DNA of 63,457 nucleotides, counting the filler, from Octopus bimaculoides (Eukaryota), in NCBI RefSeq assembly GCF_001194135.2. It is 7 parts of 6 records of this genome, joined end to end, with 100 filler letters (N's around TTAATTAATTAA, not from the genome) between each part and the next. Parts side by side here need not be neighbours in the genome. Positions count along the whole stretch, not along the records: positions 1 to 19,798 come from NC_068989.1; positions 19,899 to 37,155 come from NC_068987.1; 5 more parts are not named here. The stretch is one strand, 5' to 3'. The notes beneath the pieces were generated by a model. It was not told the DNA's origin. It made no database searches and saw nothing but the letters and a program-made list of their open reading frames with translations. Both the position numbers and the translations under genes were made by a program. Shown piece after piece: positions 13,003-25,337 of this stretch. Every line of letters starts with the position of its first letter. Within the stretch, counting starts at the first letter, position 1.

Positions 13003-13897
13003 AGCTGGCAGATATAGCTTCAGCTGAAGCTATTAATTAGCATTTTTATTACGGAGATAAAGATATTTGCACAATGATGATGAGGAGGAGGTGGGGGGGG
13101 AGGGGAGCGAAGGAGAAAGAAAAGATGAGGAGGTGGAGGAGGNNNNNNNNNNNNNNNNNNNNNNNNNNNNNNNNNNNNNNNNNNNNNNNNNNNNNNNNNN
13201 NNNNNNNNNNNNNNNNNNNNNNNNNNNNNNNNNNNNNNNNNNNNNNNNNNNNNNNNNNNNNNNNNNNNNNNNNNNNNNNNNNNNNNNNNNNNNNNNNNNN
13301 NNNNNNNNNNNNNNNNNNNNNNNNNNNNNNNNNNNNNNNNNNNNNNNNNNNNNNNNNNNNNNNNNNNNNNNNNNNNNNNNNNNNNNNNNNNNNNNNNNNN
13401 NNNNNNNNNNNNNNNNNNNNNNNNNNNNNNNNNNNNNNNNNNNNNNNNNNNNNNNNNNNNNNNNNNNNNNNNNNNNNNNNNNNNNNNNNNNNNNNNNNNN
13501 NNNNNNNNNNNNNNNNNNNNNNNNNNNNNNNNNNNNNNNNNNNNNNNNNNNNNNNNNNNNNNNNNNNNNNNNNNNNNNNNNNNNNNNNNNNNNNNNNNNN
13601 NNNNNNNNNNNNNNNNNNNNNNNNNNNNNNNNNNNNNNNNNNNNNNNNNNNNNNNNNNNNNNNNNNNNNNNNNNNNNNNNNNNNNNNNNNNNNNNNNNNN
13701 NNNNNNNNNNNNNNNNNNNNNNNNNNNNNNNNNNNNNNNNNNNNNNNNNNNNNNNNNNNNNNNNNNNNNNNNNNNNNNNNNTTTACCAATCAAAAGACCA
13801 AGAGAGAAAACTCAACATCATATTTTTGCTACTAGAAGCAAATGGAACAAGAGCCTGTTGAAATGCATCTGGGCTGAGCAAAATAGCGAAACTTTAA

Positions 13898-14118
13898 CCC
13901 TTTAATGTTTGCATTATTCTGCCAAAATTAATGCTTTTTCATCCACATTGTTTTAAACTAATCATACATTATCTTGTAGCTATGAGATTTTGATGAGGTA
14001 GCTGTTAATTTTTAAAACGATATTGTAGGGTTGATGTAAGAGACCAGATTTGGCCAGTTTGAACATAAAACAAGCAGAATACTTTTGGCCGGATATGGCC
14101 GGTTTAAATGCTAAAGGT
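13898..14118. mobile_element. piggyBac-like MITE
   Basis: TTAA on both sides (13894-13897, 14119-14122) with imperfect terminal inverted repeats CCCTTTAATGTTT / AAATGCTAAAGGT. Confidence 0.7.
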
Positions 14119-14940
14119 TTAATTTGACAAATTCTTCGATAAATTATTATTGTTGTATTTCGGGATGGTCATTTTTTTGCCAAATAAACACACGCACTAT
14201 AGATTTGTTCTTCTCTCGTTTATTATTATTATTATTCTAGCTCATGTTCATTGTCCGGAAATCTTTCGTCACACATCTGTGACCTCTTCCGTAACACTTT
14301 TCGTCTTCGTGTGTGCTCTTGCTCCACTTATTTCATTCTGCTCTTCAATGATGTGTATCCTTATGTGCGCATGCGTTTGCGTCCGTCTTTGTGCGTGTGT
14401 GTGTGTGTGTGCATGTGTGTGTATGTGTGTGTGTGTGTAAGTTTGAGTGTGTCATTGTTCTTAGTAGCAGTATGACCTTCACCTCAGTCCCATTCTCCCC
14501 GCCCCCCGCCGCTGACGCTGCTGTCCCAGGACCCGAAAATTTGGTACAGTTCCTGTATCTCTCTGTGTTTTTGTGTTCGCACACGGTGCTGTCATCATGG
14601 TAGTTGTTGTTATTGCCTTCGTTGTCACCGCCGCTGCTGCTGTCGTTGTTAGTCGTGTTGTTGATATTGTTGCGGCCGTCTGTGGAGTTATTGTGTGTGT
14701 ATATTGGTTCGCTTCTTGTGTTGTTTGTGTTGTTTGTATCTATGCCCTTTATATAAATTTATTTATTATCTATCTCTGTTTCTTATATTTATCACAGGTG
14801 TGTGACAAATATATTTATTTTTACTTATCTATCTCTATTTCTTATATGTATCAGAGGTATATATGTATCATATGTGTCTACTGTGTGTGTATTACCCCGT
14901 TTGTATCTGAGTTTTATTTTATTTTATTTTATTTTTTCAG

Positions 14941-14984
14941 AACAAAGCCAACTAGAAAAACGCAAACGCATGTTACTACAGGAG
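14941..14984 (+). CDS. candidate 44-nt coding exon (E)QSQLEKRKRMLLQE, phase 1 to phase 0; unconfirmed
   Basis: Strong polypyrimidine tract TTTTATTTTATTTTTTCAG, donor GAG|GTAAAA, only the phase-1 frame stays open; no homolog recognised. Confidence 0.35.
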
Positions 14985-15019
14985 GTAAAACACATTATCT
15001 CACCAACAGAGAGAACAAC

Positions 15020-15500
15020 CACCACCTCCACCAATAACAGCACCAGTAATATCACCAATAACATCATCAATAACATCACCAATAACATCACCATCACCTC
15101 CACCAATAATATCACCACCACCTCCACCAATAACAGCACCAGTAATATCACCAATAACATCACCAATAACATCACCACNNNNNNNNNNNNNNNNNNNNNN
15201 NNNNNNNNNNNNNNNNNNNNNNNNNNNNNNNNNNNNNNNNCTCCACCAATAACAGCACCAGTAATATCACCAATAACATCATCAATAACATCACCAATAA
15301 CATCACCATCACCTCCACCAATAATATCACCACCGCCTCCACCAATAACAGCACCAGTAATATCACCAATAACATCACCAATAACATCACCATCACCTCC
15401 ACCAATAATATCACCACCACCTCCACCAATAACAGCACCAGTAATATCACCAATAACATCACCAATAACATCACCACCACCTCCACCAATAACAGCAACA
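15020..15500. repeat. higher-order minisatellite built on ACCAATAACATC / ACCTCCACCAATAACAGCACCAGTAATATC units
   Basis: Direct reading; interrupted by a 62-N gap. Confidence 0.92.
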
Positions 15501-16249
15501 ACAACAACAACTACGACCACGATGACAGCACCGTGGGCGAACACACGAACACAGACAGATACAGGAACTGTATCAAATTTTTGGGTCCCAGGACAGCAGC
15601 AGCGACAACGGGGGGGGGGGAGTGAGCATGGGACTGAGGTGAAGGTCATACTGTTACTAAGAACAATGACACACACACAAGCATACACATACACGTACAC
15701 ATGTACGCACACACAAAGACGGACGAAAACGCATGTACACACAAGGATACACATCATAGAAGAGCAGAATGAAATAAGTGGAGCAAGGATACACACGAAG
15801 ACGAAAAATGTCAATGAAGTGGTCACAGATGTGTGACGAAAGATTTCCGGACAATGGACATGAGTTAGAACAAGAACAGTAATACACGAGTGAAGAACAA
15901 ATCTATAGTGCGTGTGTTTATTTGGCAAAATTAAAAATGGTCATCCCGAAATACAACAATATCTATTTCAACACACGATTTCAAATCAGGAGTCTTGCAA
16001 CACAAATTCATTAACGTAGATAAACTATTGTCTTGGTCATAAAGCTTAAACCGTTTGTTTCCATATAGATCTCGTGAGAGAGTGGTTTCCAATTTAAATG
16101 TGGGTGAAATTTTCCCCATCCTTGGTCCATTCAGTAGATCGACCAGTTAAAAGAAACAGACTAATCTCCTTTCAATTCATAACCTTAAAAGAAAACGGAA
16201 AGCAACGTTGGATAATATAATCTTGTATATACAAAACGGTGCGTTAATC

Positions 16250-16520
16250 AATGCTAGAACATATTCGACAGTAGCTATACATGATCAGACTTGCAGAAGG
16301 AATAAAATACAACAAAAACAACATCAAGCAAGGAACAAATTCATACTCTACACAAGGCTGCTCGTTCACCGGCAACTGTTGCTATTACAAAAGGCAATAG
16401 AACAAGGAAAACGATTTTTAGCCTGACTTGGATTGATTACCGAAAAGCAACTGATAGTTTACCACGCTCGTGGATATTGGAAGCTCTCTATATAAACAAA
16501 GCATTTACAGTATTAACCTG
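16250..16520 (+). mobile_element. R4/Dong RT fragment
   Basis: ..RKTIFSLTWIDYRKATDSLPRSWILEAL matches the RT motif WIDYRKAYDxxPHSWI seen at 38480. Confidence 0.7.
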
Positions 16521-17053
16521 TTATATAAACCACGTCGTGTCAATATGGAAAGACAGCCATATTTCTAAAAGGAAATGAGAAAATGGTTAAAACCAGCTCA
16601 TAACTGTGAGAAAATATTTCTGAGATACTCGTTAATCTCTCTTTAATCTTTTGTCTAGCTCAGATCCCCATTAACAAACTTGTGGAATGAGACCACCAAC
16701 AGTTATTTAAAAAAAAAAAAACATTTATTTTACGTCTGACTTAAAACTATTCATAGGGACATTATCCAAAATTGTCCGGGAATTCGGAAAGGATATATAA
16801 ATGAGAATGAGGTAAATAGATATGCTAAAGTTATTATATATAAGGAGGAAAACTTACTACAACTGAAAATGTATTATACACGGGCACCGAAATCATAGAA
16901 TGTACCAGAACCATACAAAAAATTACTAATGTGAAGAGGAAACTGACAAAATATCATAAAGAAATGAAAAGACAAAATAGTACTCGGGATCTGTCAATGC
17001 TAGAAAGAAGATTATAACTTTAAATATACTAGAAATAATGTGTGTGCGTGTGC

Positions 17054-17116
<63 letters not shown>

Positions 17117-17787
17117 NNNNNNNNNNNNNNNNNNNNNNNNNNNNNNNNNNNNNNNNNNNNNNNNNNNNNNNNNNNNNNNNNNNNNNNNNNNNNNNNNNNN
17201 NNNNNNNNNNNNNNNNNNNNNNNNNNNNNNNNNNNNNNNNNNNNNNNNNNNNNNNNNNNNNNNNNNNNNNNNNNNNNNNNNNNNNNNNNNNNNNNNNNNN
17301 NNNNNNNNNNNNNNNNNNNNNNNNNNNNNNNNNNNNNNNNNNNNNNNNNNNNNNNNNNNNNNNNNNNNNNNNNNNNNNNNNNNNNNNNNNNNNNNNNNNN
17401 NNNNNNNNNNNNNNNNNNNNNNNNNNNNNNNNNNNNNNNNNNNNNNNNNNNNNNNNNNNNNNNNNNNNNNNNNNNNNNNNNNNNNNNNNNNNNNNNNNNN
17501 NNNNNNNNNNNNNNNNNNNNNNNNNNNNNNNNNNNNNNNNNNNNNNNNNNNNNNNNNNNNNNNNNNNNNNNNNNNNNNNNNNNNNNNNNNNNNNNNNNNN
17601 NNNNNNNNNNNNNNNNNNNNNNNNNNNNNNNNNNNNNNNNNNNNNNNNNNNNNNNNNNNNNNNNNNNNNATCCGGCGCGGTCACGATTCTGCCAACTCGC
17701 CGACTTCGCTCATACTAATAACTATAATAATAGTAATAATGTTAGCAATATTAATTTACTAGGAGCAAATATATAGGGGCAATATAT

Positions 17788-18021
17788 TTATTTCTTTATT
17801 GCCCACGTGGGGCTAAACATAAAGGGGACAAACAAGGACAGACAAAGGGATTAAGTCGATTACATCGACCCCAATGCGTAACTGGTACTTATTTAATCGA
17901 CCCCGAAAGGATGAAAGGCGAAGTCGACCTCGGTGAAATTTGAACTGAGAACGTAACGGCAGACGAAATACCGCTAAGCATTTCGCCCGGCGTGCTAACG
18001 TTTCTGTCAACTCGCCGCCTT
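17788..18021 (-). mobile_element. full-length SINE family A (tail type 1)
   Basis: Minus strand starts AAGGCGGCGAG, ends GCAATAAAGAAATAA; possible degenerate TSD TATAGGGGCAATATATT / TATGGGCGTAATATATT. Confidence 0.92.
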
Positions 18022-18371
18022 ATGGGCGTAATATATTATTTCATTTGTGGTTCAAACTACTAACTGGATAGCTTCCTCTATTCCTAAGTAACATAAATAT
18101 AACAGTCAAATTTCCTGCAAATCACATCCAATCGTCTTACGGAAGAATATATTAAGTAATCTTGTCTGGGTTACAAAACGTTGAAAACAATACAGGTTAT
18201 GGTATGCATAACTTTTGATCACAGATTTGATTGATTGCTGTAGAGTTAGAGCTAAACAACAGCAATAACCTTACTTCAATTATTGCTATATTTTGGAATG
18301 ACAGGAGGCAAGCAGACTTATGATCAAAGTCGAACCGTCTCGTCTTTCTATGTGTTTGTGGATGTATGTAT

Positions 18372-18439
<68 letters not shown>

Positions 18440-19196
18440 CAAACAAGGACTACATCGTTCAACACATGTTATTTGGTACAGTGGGTGTAATTTGCAGGAG
18501 ATTTGGTTGAATCTTTCTAGCAGGTCCACTGATTACAGAGAGGTTTCCTGTAAAACTGACGATGCATATGAAACGACATGATATATCATTAATAGTTTTA
18601 GGTATTATATAAGCAGCGTAAATATTTAATATCAACATAAGATTCATTGAATAAGTAAACAACGTGCAGAACGAAATTCGACATCACAGTTTATTAATTC
18701 TTTTCTGTAACGTGTGATTTTAATAAATAATGAGTTGATACAGAATATTAGAAGACAACAATATTAAATAGACGCAGTATATCATTTAGAAGTTAACTTT
18801 AGGTGTAAAACAGACTTAAATACCCAATACTAGTAAACAAAACACCTCTACTTAATAGAAACATGTGATTAGAACCACAATCATATCTAATGATAGAAGA
18901 ATGAGTCGCACGTTTTTCTGTAAGAGCTTGAATGATAGAAATTAGTAGAATTTAATAGAAGATAAAAGCGTTTCATAAAAATATAGAATATATTTAATGT
19001 AGTGAAGAAAATATTATTACAGACATTAATGTCATGACCCAGATGGTATCACTGCGTAATTCTTGCATAATGACCACATACAAGATAAATACTGAATAAC
19101 CATAAACAGTGAATATCTTAAAACTATGATTATCCGTCATAAATATTATGATGAAAGGTATGTTGTTAGAGAAAATTTGTTCCTTCAAAGTTAAGC

Positions 19197-19246
<50 letters not shown>

Positions 19247-19249
19247 CAT

Positions 19250-19613
19250 CTTATATTTGTTTTAGTCAGACTGCGACCGTGGCAGGGTACTGCCTTGAAA
19301 AATTTTAGTCGAACGAACCGACCCCCGTGCTTATCCTTGTTTTTTTTTTTTTAGGCCTAGTACTTATTCTATCGGTCTCTTTTACGGGGGTGTAAACACA
19401 CCAACACCGGTTGTCAAGCAGTGGTAGGGGACAGACTCAGACACAAAGACACACACACACAAACACATATATGTATAACGTGCCTCTTCCCACCTAGCAA
19501 ATGCACTCACAAGGCAATGATCGGCCCAACGTTAAAGTAGAGGACTCTTGCCAAAGGTGCCACTCAGTGAAACTGAACCCGGAAGCATGCTTCGTACCAC
19601 ACAACCACGCCTG
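19250..19613 (-). mobile_element. diverged SINE family D
   Basis: GCCTAGTACTTATTCTATCGG, GGTTGTCAAGC, GCACTCACAAGGC, CAAAGGTGCCAC..CTGAACCCGG. Confidence 0.8.
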
Positions 19614-19842
19614 CATATTATATTATATTATTATTATTATTATATTATATTATATTATATTATATTATATTATATTATATTATATTATATTATATTATAT
19701 TATTATTATTATTATATTATATTATATTATATTATTATTATTATTATATTATATTATATTATATTATATTATATTATATTATATTATATTATATTATANN
19801 NNNNNNNNNNNNNNNNNNNNNNNNNNNNNNNNNNNNNNNNNN

Positions 19843-19854
19843 TTAATTAATTAA
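19843..19854. other. artificial gap linker TTAATTAATTAA (also 37200-37211, 43432-43443, 48630-48641, 53666-53677, 58706-58717)
   Basis: Always centred in an N44-12mer-N44 block of 100 nt; gives stop codons in all six frames. Confidence 0.95.
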
Positions 19855-19920
19855 NNNNNNNNNNNNNNNNNNNNNNNNNNNNNNNNNNNNNNNNNNNNTA
19901 TATATATATATATATAAATA

Positions 19921-19960
19921 CAAGCAGAGGGAGCCGGCGTTGCACGGGATTAAAATGGCA
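19921..19960 (-). mobile_element. isolated Helitron 3' terminus (degenerate)
   Basis: Minus strand CCCGTGCAACGCCGGCTCCCTCTGCTTG-T, closely similar to the 3' end at 57928-57955. Confidence 0.55.
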
Positions 19961-19974
19961 TAGGTTTTTTTATT

Positions 19975-20190
19975 GTTTTAGTTATTTCAGTCATGTTACT
20001 GCAGCCATGCTAGAACACCACCTTTAGTCGGAGAAATCGGCACCAGCATTTATTCGTTGTAAGCCTAGTACTTATTATATCGGTGTGTTTGGCCAAACGG
20101 CTAAGTTACGGGGACGTAAACACAGCAACATCGGTTGTCAAGCGATGGTTGGTCCACAAACGTAGACACACACACGTACACACACACACA
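19975..20190 (-). mobile_element. 3' half of SINE family D
   Basis: TCAGTCATG..GCCATGCTAGAACACCACC..GTAAGCCTAGTACTT..GGACGTAAACAC..GGTTGTCAAGCGATG. Confidence 0.85.
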
Positions 20191-21001
20191 TGTTCCTGAG
20201 GATTTCTTTCGCTTTGCCTATATAAGAACAGTCTCACTGACTCACGGCTGACGAACCGGAGGACTGTTGGACAGAAGTAGCGAGGGACAAATGGAAAGAG
20301 GAGTGGTGAAAGGTAGTGAGAAAGTGAGAGGGTAACTGAGAGAGGGGAGGTCATGGATAGTGAAAGGGGGTGTCAGACAGGGCCGGTCAGTGACGTATCA
20401 ATAGTAATCAATTAATTGCCATTACTGTTTTATGAACCCCTGCAATGTGTCACAAAGGAATTCGGCCACACATCAAAGAAACCGAATACTTAACCCAAGC
20501 TTAACACACATAGACAAGAAGATGACGTAATCACGTATACGCGGGTTTGTGTGAACGTAGAAATAACCATGTGTGTGTGAGTGTATTTTCATCTTTTTGT
20601 TTTTTATTTTATTTTACTTTCACTTTCATTCATTCTTTCCCACACCTATCCCATTCCTTTCTTTTTCTCGCTTTCTCCTTTCTCTTCTATTCAGAACCCC
20701 TATCTGTCCGTCTATTTATCATGATGTCTGTCTTGCTCACTCTATATACGCGCGCGGACCATTTTCATACTAGCTAACCACTTAATTCTATTCCTTCAAC
20801 ATAAACGCAACATTCAAAATACTGTCAAAATACTGCCTGGATTTACCTGGGATTATACTTAAAGACCTTCTGGAAGAAGATGAGCTTTATTCTCCTGTCT
20901 GTATTCTTCTATCTACTGTTTTACTCTTTATTCTTCTATCTAATATTTCAACCCTTATAAACTGTGAATTTCTCTGTCTAAATCTTTCATACATACTCAT
21001 C

Positions 21002-21078
21002 ATGTCTCTGATAACGGAATGCCCAATGTATGGACATGCTAGCCTATCACTTGGGATATCCTTGAAACAGCTGTAAGA
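21002..21078 (+). ncRNA. degenerate minimal type I hammerhead ribozyme (Penelope pLTR type, AGCT loop)
   Basis: GTCT-CTGATAA-stem II (GGAATGCCCAA..TTGGGATATCC)-GAAA-C-AGCT-G-TA-AGAC; stem I GTCT/AGAC pairs; core G8 changed to A. Confidence 0.65.
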
Positions 21079-21669
21079 CTTCAAATTCACCTTAGCCTAA
21101 TTAAATTATTCTAAATGACTTGAGATACCTGTCCTGCCTTGGTCTTTATTTTCCTTTTCCCTCTAATATAATGTGTGTGTGTGTGTGTGTGTGTGTGTNN
21201 NNNNNNNNNNNNNNNNNNNNNNNNNNNNNNNNNNNNNNNNNNNNNNNNNNNNNNNNNNNNNNNNNNNNNNNNNNNNNNNNNNNNNNNNNNNNNNNNNNNN
21301 NNNNNNNNNNNNNNNNNNNNNNNNNNNNNNNNNNNNNNNNNNNNNNNNNNNNNNNNNNNNNNNNNNNNNNNNNNNNNNNNNNNNNNNNNNNNNNNNNNNN
21401 NNNNNNNNNNNNNNNNNNNNNNNNNNNNNNNNNNNNNNNNNNNNNNNNNNNNNNNNNNNNNNNNNNNNNNNNNNNNNNNNNNNNNNNNNNNNNNNNNNNN
21501 NNNNNNNNNNNNNNNNNNNNNNNNNNNNNNNNNNNNNNNNNNNNNNNNNNNNNNNNNNNNNNNNNNNNNNNNNNNNNNNNNNNNNNNNNNNNNNNNNNNN
21601 NNNNNNNNNNNNNNNNNNNNNNNNNNNNNNNNNNNNNNNNNNNNNNNNNNNNNNNNNNNNNNNNNNNNN

Positions 21670-21715
<46 letters not shown>

Positions 21716-21774
21716 GTCTATTTCTCTGTATATCTATCTATCTATCTATCTATCTGTCTATCTTTTTATCTGTA

Positions 21775-21815
<41 letters not shown>

Positions 21816-21830
21816 GTCTATTTCTCTGTA

Positions 21831-21865
<35 letters not shown>

Positions 21866-21874
21866 TTATCTGTA

Positions 21875-21908
<34 letters not shown>

Positions 21909-21910
21909 CT
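21670..21910. repeat. (CTAT)n array with higher-order CTGTCTATTTCTCTGTATAT units
   Basis: Direct reading. Confidence 0.95.
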
Positions 21911-23214
21911 TATGCATTTCAATAAATGAAGTATAATATATAAATATACGTAGCGTTTCATGGATTGTGTTATTGTTGTTATTGTTGATGTTGTGGTGTT
22001 GCTCCTGATAATGAAGATTGTGATGATGATTATGATGACGACAATAACAATGACGACAACCACGAGGAGGAGGAGGAGGAGGGCAATGGAGGCAGCGACG
22101 ACAACACCCAAGTCGACCACAATGATGATGATGATGACGACGACGACGACGACGATGATGATGATGACGATGATGATAATAATAATAATAATGAGTGACC
22201 ACCACCACCTACACGGTAGATGTAATACAAAGTAAACAAGAACCAACTCGCCATATTGCTTGCTATTTGTGCATGTTCGTTTGNNNNNNNNNNNNNNNNN
22301 NNNNNNNNNNNNNNNNNNNNNNNNNNNNNNNNNNNNNNNNNNNNNNNNNNNNNNNNNNNNNNNNNNNNNNNNNNNNNNNNNNNNNNNNNNNNNNNNNNNN
22401 NNNNNNNNNNNNNNNNNNNNNNNNNNNNNNNNNNNNNNNNNNNNNNNNNNNNNNNNNNNNNNNNNNNNNNNNNNNNNNNNNNNNNNNNNNNNNNNNNNNN
22501 NNNNNNNNNNNNNNNNNNNNNNNNNNNNNNNNNNNNNNNNNNNNNNNNNNNNNNNNNNNNNNNNNNNNNNNNNNNNNNNNNNNNNNNNNNNNNNNNNNNN
22601 NNNNNNNNNNNNNNNNNNNNNNNNNNNNNNNNNNNNNNNNNNNNNNNNNNNNNNNNNNNNNNNNNNNNNNNNNNNNNNNNNNNNNNNNNNNNNNNNNNNN
22701 NNNNNNNNNNNNNNNNNNNNNNNNNNNNNNNNNNNNNNNNNNNNNNNNNNNNNNNNNNNNNNNNNNNNNNNNNNNNNNNNNNNNNNNNNNNNNNNNNNNN
22801 NNNNNNNNNNNNNNNNNNNNNNNNNNNNNNNNNNNNNNNNNNNNNNNNNNNNNNNNNNNNNNNNNNNNNNNNNNNNNNNNNNNNNNNNNNNNNNNNNNNN
22901 NNNNNNNNNNNNNNNNNNNNNNNNNNNNNNNNNNNNNNNNNNNNNNNNNNNNNNNNNNNNNNNNNNNNNNNNNNNNNNNNNNNNNNNNNNNNNNNNNNNN
23001 NNNNNNNNNNNNNNNNNNNNNNNNNNNNNNNNNNNNNNNNNNNNNNNNNNNNNNNNNNNNNNNNNNNNNNNNNNNNNNNNNNNNNNNNNNNNNNNNNNNN
23101 NNNNNNNNNNNNNNNNNNNNNNNNNNNNNNNNNNNNNTATTAATAAATACATATGTACGTATATACTTATCATTCGTGTACGGATAGTGTGTGTATGTGT
23201 GAGAGTGGAAGAAG

Positions 23215-23261
<47 letters not shown>

Positions 23262-23964
23262 AGGAAAGAAGGAAAGGAAGAAAGGGAGAGAGAAAGTGAG
23301 AGAGATTATATTATTGAAGAATACAAAATAAAACGAAGACAAAAGGCACATAAAAAGGAAAAGCGGGAACTTGGAAAAGAAATGGAACGGGAGGGGGAGA
23401 GAGGGAGATAGTAGGTGAGAGAGATGAGGGGATAGAGAGAGAGAGAGAGAGAGAGTGAGAGGGAAAGAGAGAGAGAGAGAGAAAGATAGAGACAATGAAC
23501 AAGAGAAAGAAACATGGAGCGAGAGAAAGGAACGAACCACTGTAATAATATATATCTTGTATATATTAACCGACATTTTAACGTTGTTTGTTTATGTATG
23601 AGGTGCGTATGTAAGTGTTCGCGTGTGAGCTTGAGAATGAGTATGCGTGTGTATATGCGCGCGTGTGTGTGTGTATACAAAGGCATTGTTGTCAGACGGA
23701 CACTTTATAACTAGATTAATGTCCTCTTTGAACCTCTTGTTGTTGTTGATGATGTTGTTATTGCTGTTGTTGTTATTGTTTAGACTTATATCTGCTTCTG
23801 AGAGAGCAGACTGCCTTATAATCTAAAAATGTCTGCCAGCCGTGAGCATCCCCCTTGAAAAAAGAAATTGCATTACTCAATTCCAATATACTCTTTTTAT
23901 CTTAAATTTTTAAGGTGACAAACAGGATGTGACTTGGAATAAACTTGGCTGATATTTTCTAGCC

Positions 23965-24268
23965 CAGGGGTTTTCAAACTGTGGTCCGCGGACCACAGGG
24001 GGTCCGCAAGGACAAGACAGGTGGGGTCCGTGGACAGCAAATACTTTTTATGGGCAATTTGATTTTATATATGTTTTTTAATCGAAATCTTTTAATTGAC
24101 AATAAACCTCTTTGTTAAATACTGTTAAATAAATGTAAAAATATGTAAAAATATATGTTATTTAAGCAAATATTTATGTATAAATTTCATGAGCGTTTAT
24201 AAGGGGGTCCCTAAGATAAAGCCTAAAATATAAAGGGGTCCGCAAGTCAAAAAGTTTGAAAACCCCTG
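23965..24268. mobile_element. hAT (Charlie/Buster-type) MITE, 304 bp
   Basis: Perfect 16-bp TIRs CAGGGGTTTTCAAACT / AGTTTGAAAACCCCTG; perfect 8-bp TSD TTCTAGCC (23957-23964, 24269-24276) with central TA. Confidence 0.95.
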
Positions 24269-24477
24269 TTCTAGCCGATAGTTTGTACCACCACATAGAA
24301 GTTCATCCATCGCTGCACAATGGCCGAGTACAACTGAAAAGATCTAATATGAATCTATTGGCATCTGATTCTCTCGCCGACAATACTCACAATGCAAAAC
24401 TTTACTATGGAGTACATCTATAGGTTTTAGCAGTCACTGCAATTTCATAACACTATCTTTTCTGTCATTAACTAATC

Positions 24478-24679
24478 TCTTTACTCTCTTTTACTCTTTT
24501 ACTTGTTTCAGTCATTTGACTGTTGCCATGCTGGAGCACTGCCTTTTAGTCGAGCTAATCGACCCCAGGACTTATTCTTTGTAAGCCTAGTACTTATTTT
24601 ATCGGTATCTTTTGCCGAACCGCTAAGTTACGGGGGACGTAAACACACCAGCATCGGTTGTCAAGCGATGTTGCGAGGA

Positions 24680-24735
<56 letters not shown>

Positions 24736-24955
24736 AACACAAACACACACACACACACACATATATATATACATATATATATACATATATACGACGGGCT
24801 TCTTTCAGTTTCCGTCTACCAAATCCACTCACAAGGCTTTGGTCGGCCCGAGGGTATAGTAGAAGACACTTGCCCAAGGTGCCACGCAGTGGGACTAAAC
24901 CCGGAACCTTGTGGTTGGTAAGCAAGCTACTTACCACACAGCCACTCCTACGCCT
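24478..24955 (-). mobile_element. full-length SINE family D
   Basis: Head AGGCGTAGGAGTGGCTGTGTGGTAAG..GGTTTAGTCCC, internal CA/TA array, tail (GTAAAAGAGA)n. Confidence 0.95.
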
Positions 24956-25197
24956 CTTATTTTCTGGTTCTTTTTTTTTTTTATCACATGAATCTGCTGG
25001 CATTTGAGTCTTTCCCTGACAGTGCAAAACTTTAATACGGAGAATATATATAGGTTTTAGCCTTCACTGCAATTTCCGAAAATTGTCTTATCAAAGTAAC
25101 TAGCACTGCACACAGTTGTTTGCAGTTACATATATTAAATGACATTTTCGCTCAAAACATCTGTCGTACATGCCCACGAAACTTTTAGTCACGTGGG

Positions 25198-25305
25198 AGT
25201 GAGTCAAATTGAGTGGCTGTGTGGTAAGTAGCTTGCTTACCAACCACATGCTTCTGGGTTCAGTCCCACTGCATAGCACCTTGGGCAAGTGTCTTCTACT
25301 ATAGT

Positions 25306-25308
<3 letters not shown>
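25198..25308 (+). mobile_element. 5' part of SINE family D
   Basis: GAGTGGCTGTGTGGTAAGTAGCTTGC..GGGTTCAGTCCCACTGC..CCTTGGGCAAGTGTCTTCTACTATAG. Confidence 0.9.

Positions 25309-25337
<29 letters not shown>

Larger units (their letters stand above)
14148..15961. repeat. large inverted repeat, ~470-bp arms (14148-~14615 and ~15495-15961)
   Basis: Left TATTGTTGTATTTCGGGATGG..CACGGTGCTGTCATC is the reverse complement of the right arm, roughly 80-85% identical by eye. Confidence 0.92.

Noticed and set aside
14150-14440. Same reading frame open in both arms of the 14148-15961 inverted repeat (PNKHTHYRFVL..HCPEIFRHTSVT)
   Set aside because: Differences between arms are largely non-synonymous and the composition is low-complexity; no sign of coding constraint.
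15020-15500. Repeat array considered as CRISPR-like
   Set aside because: No unique spacers; contiguous trinucleotide-derived units in eukaryotic DNA, and no cas genes.
19021-19052. Acceptor followed by DPDG, sought as an upstream CASPR fibrinogen exon
   Set aside because: The DPDG frame has an in-frame TAA immediately upstream; other frames show no homology.
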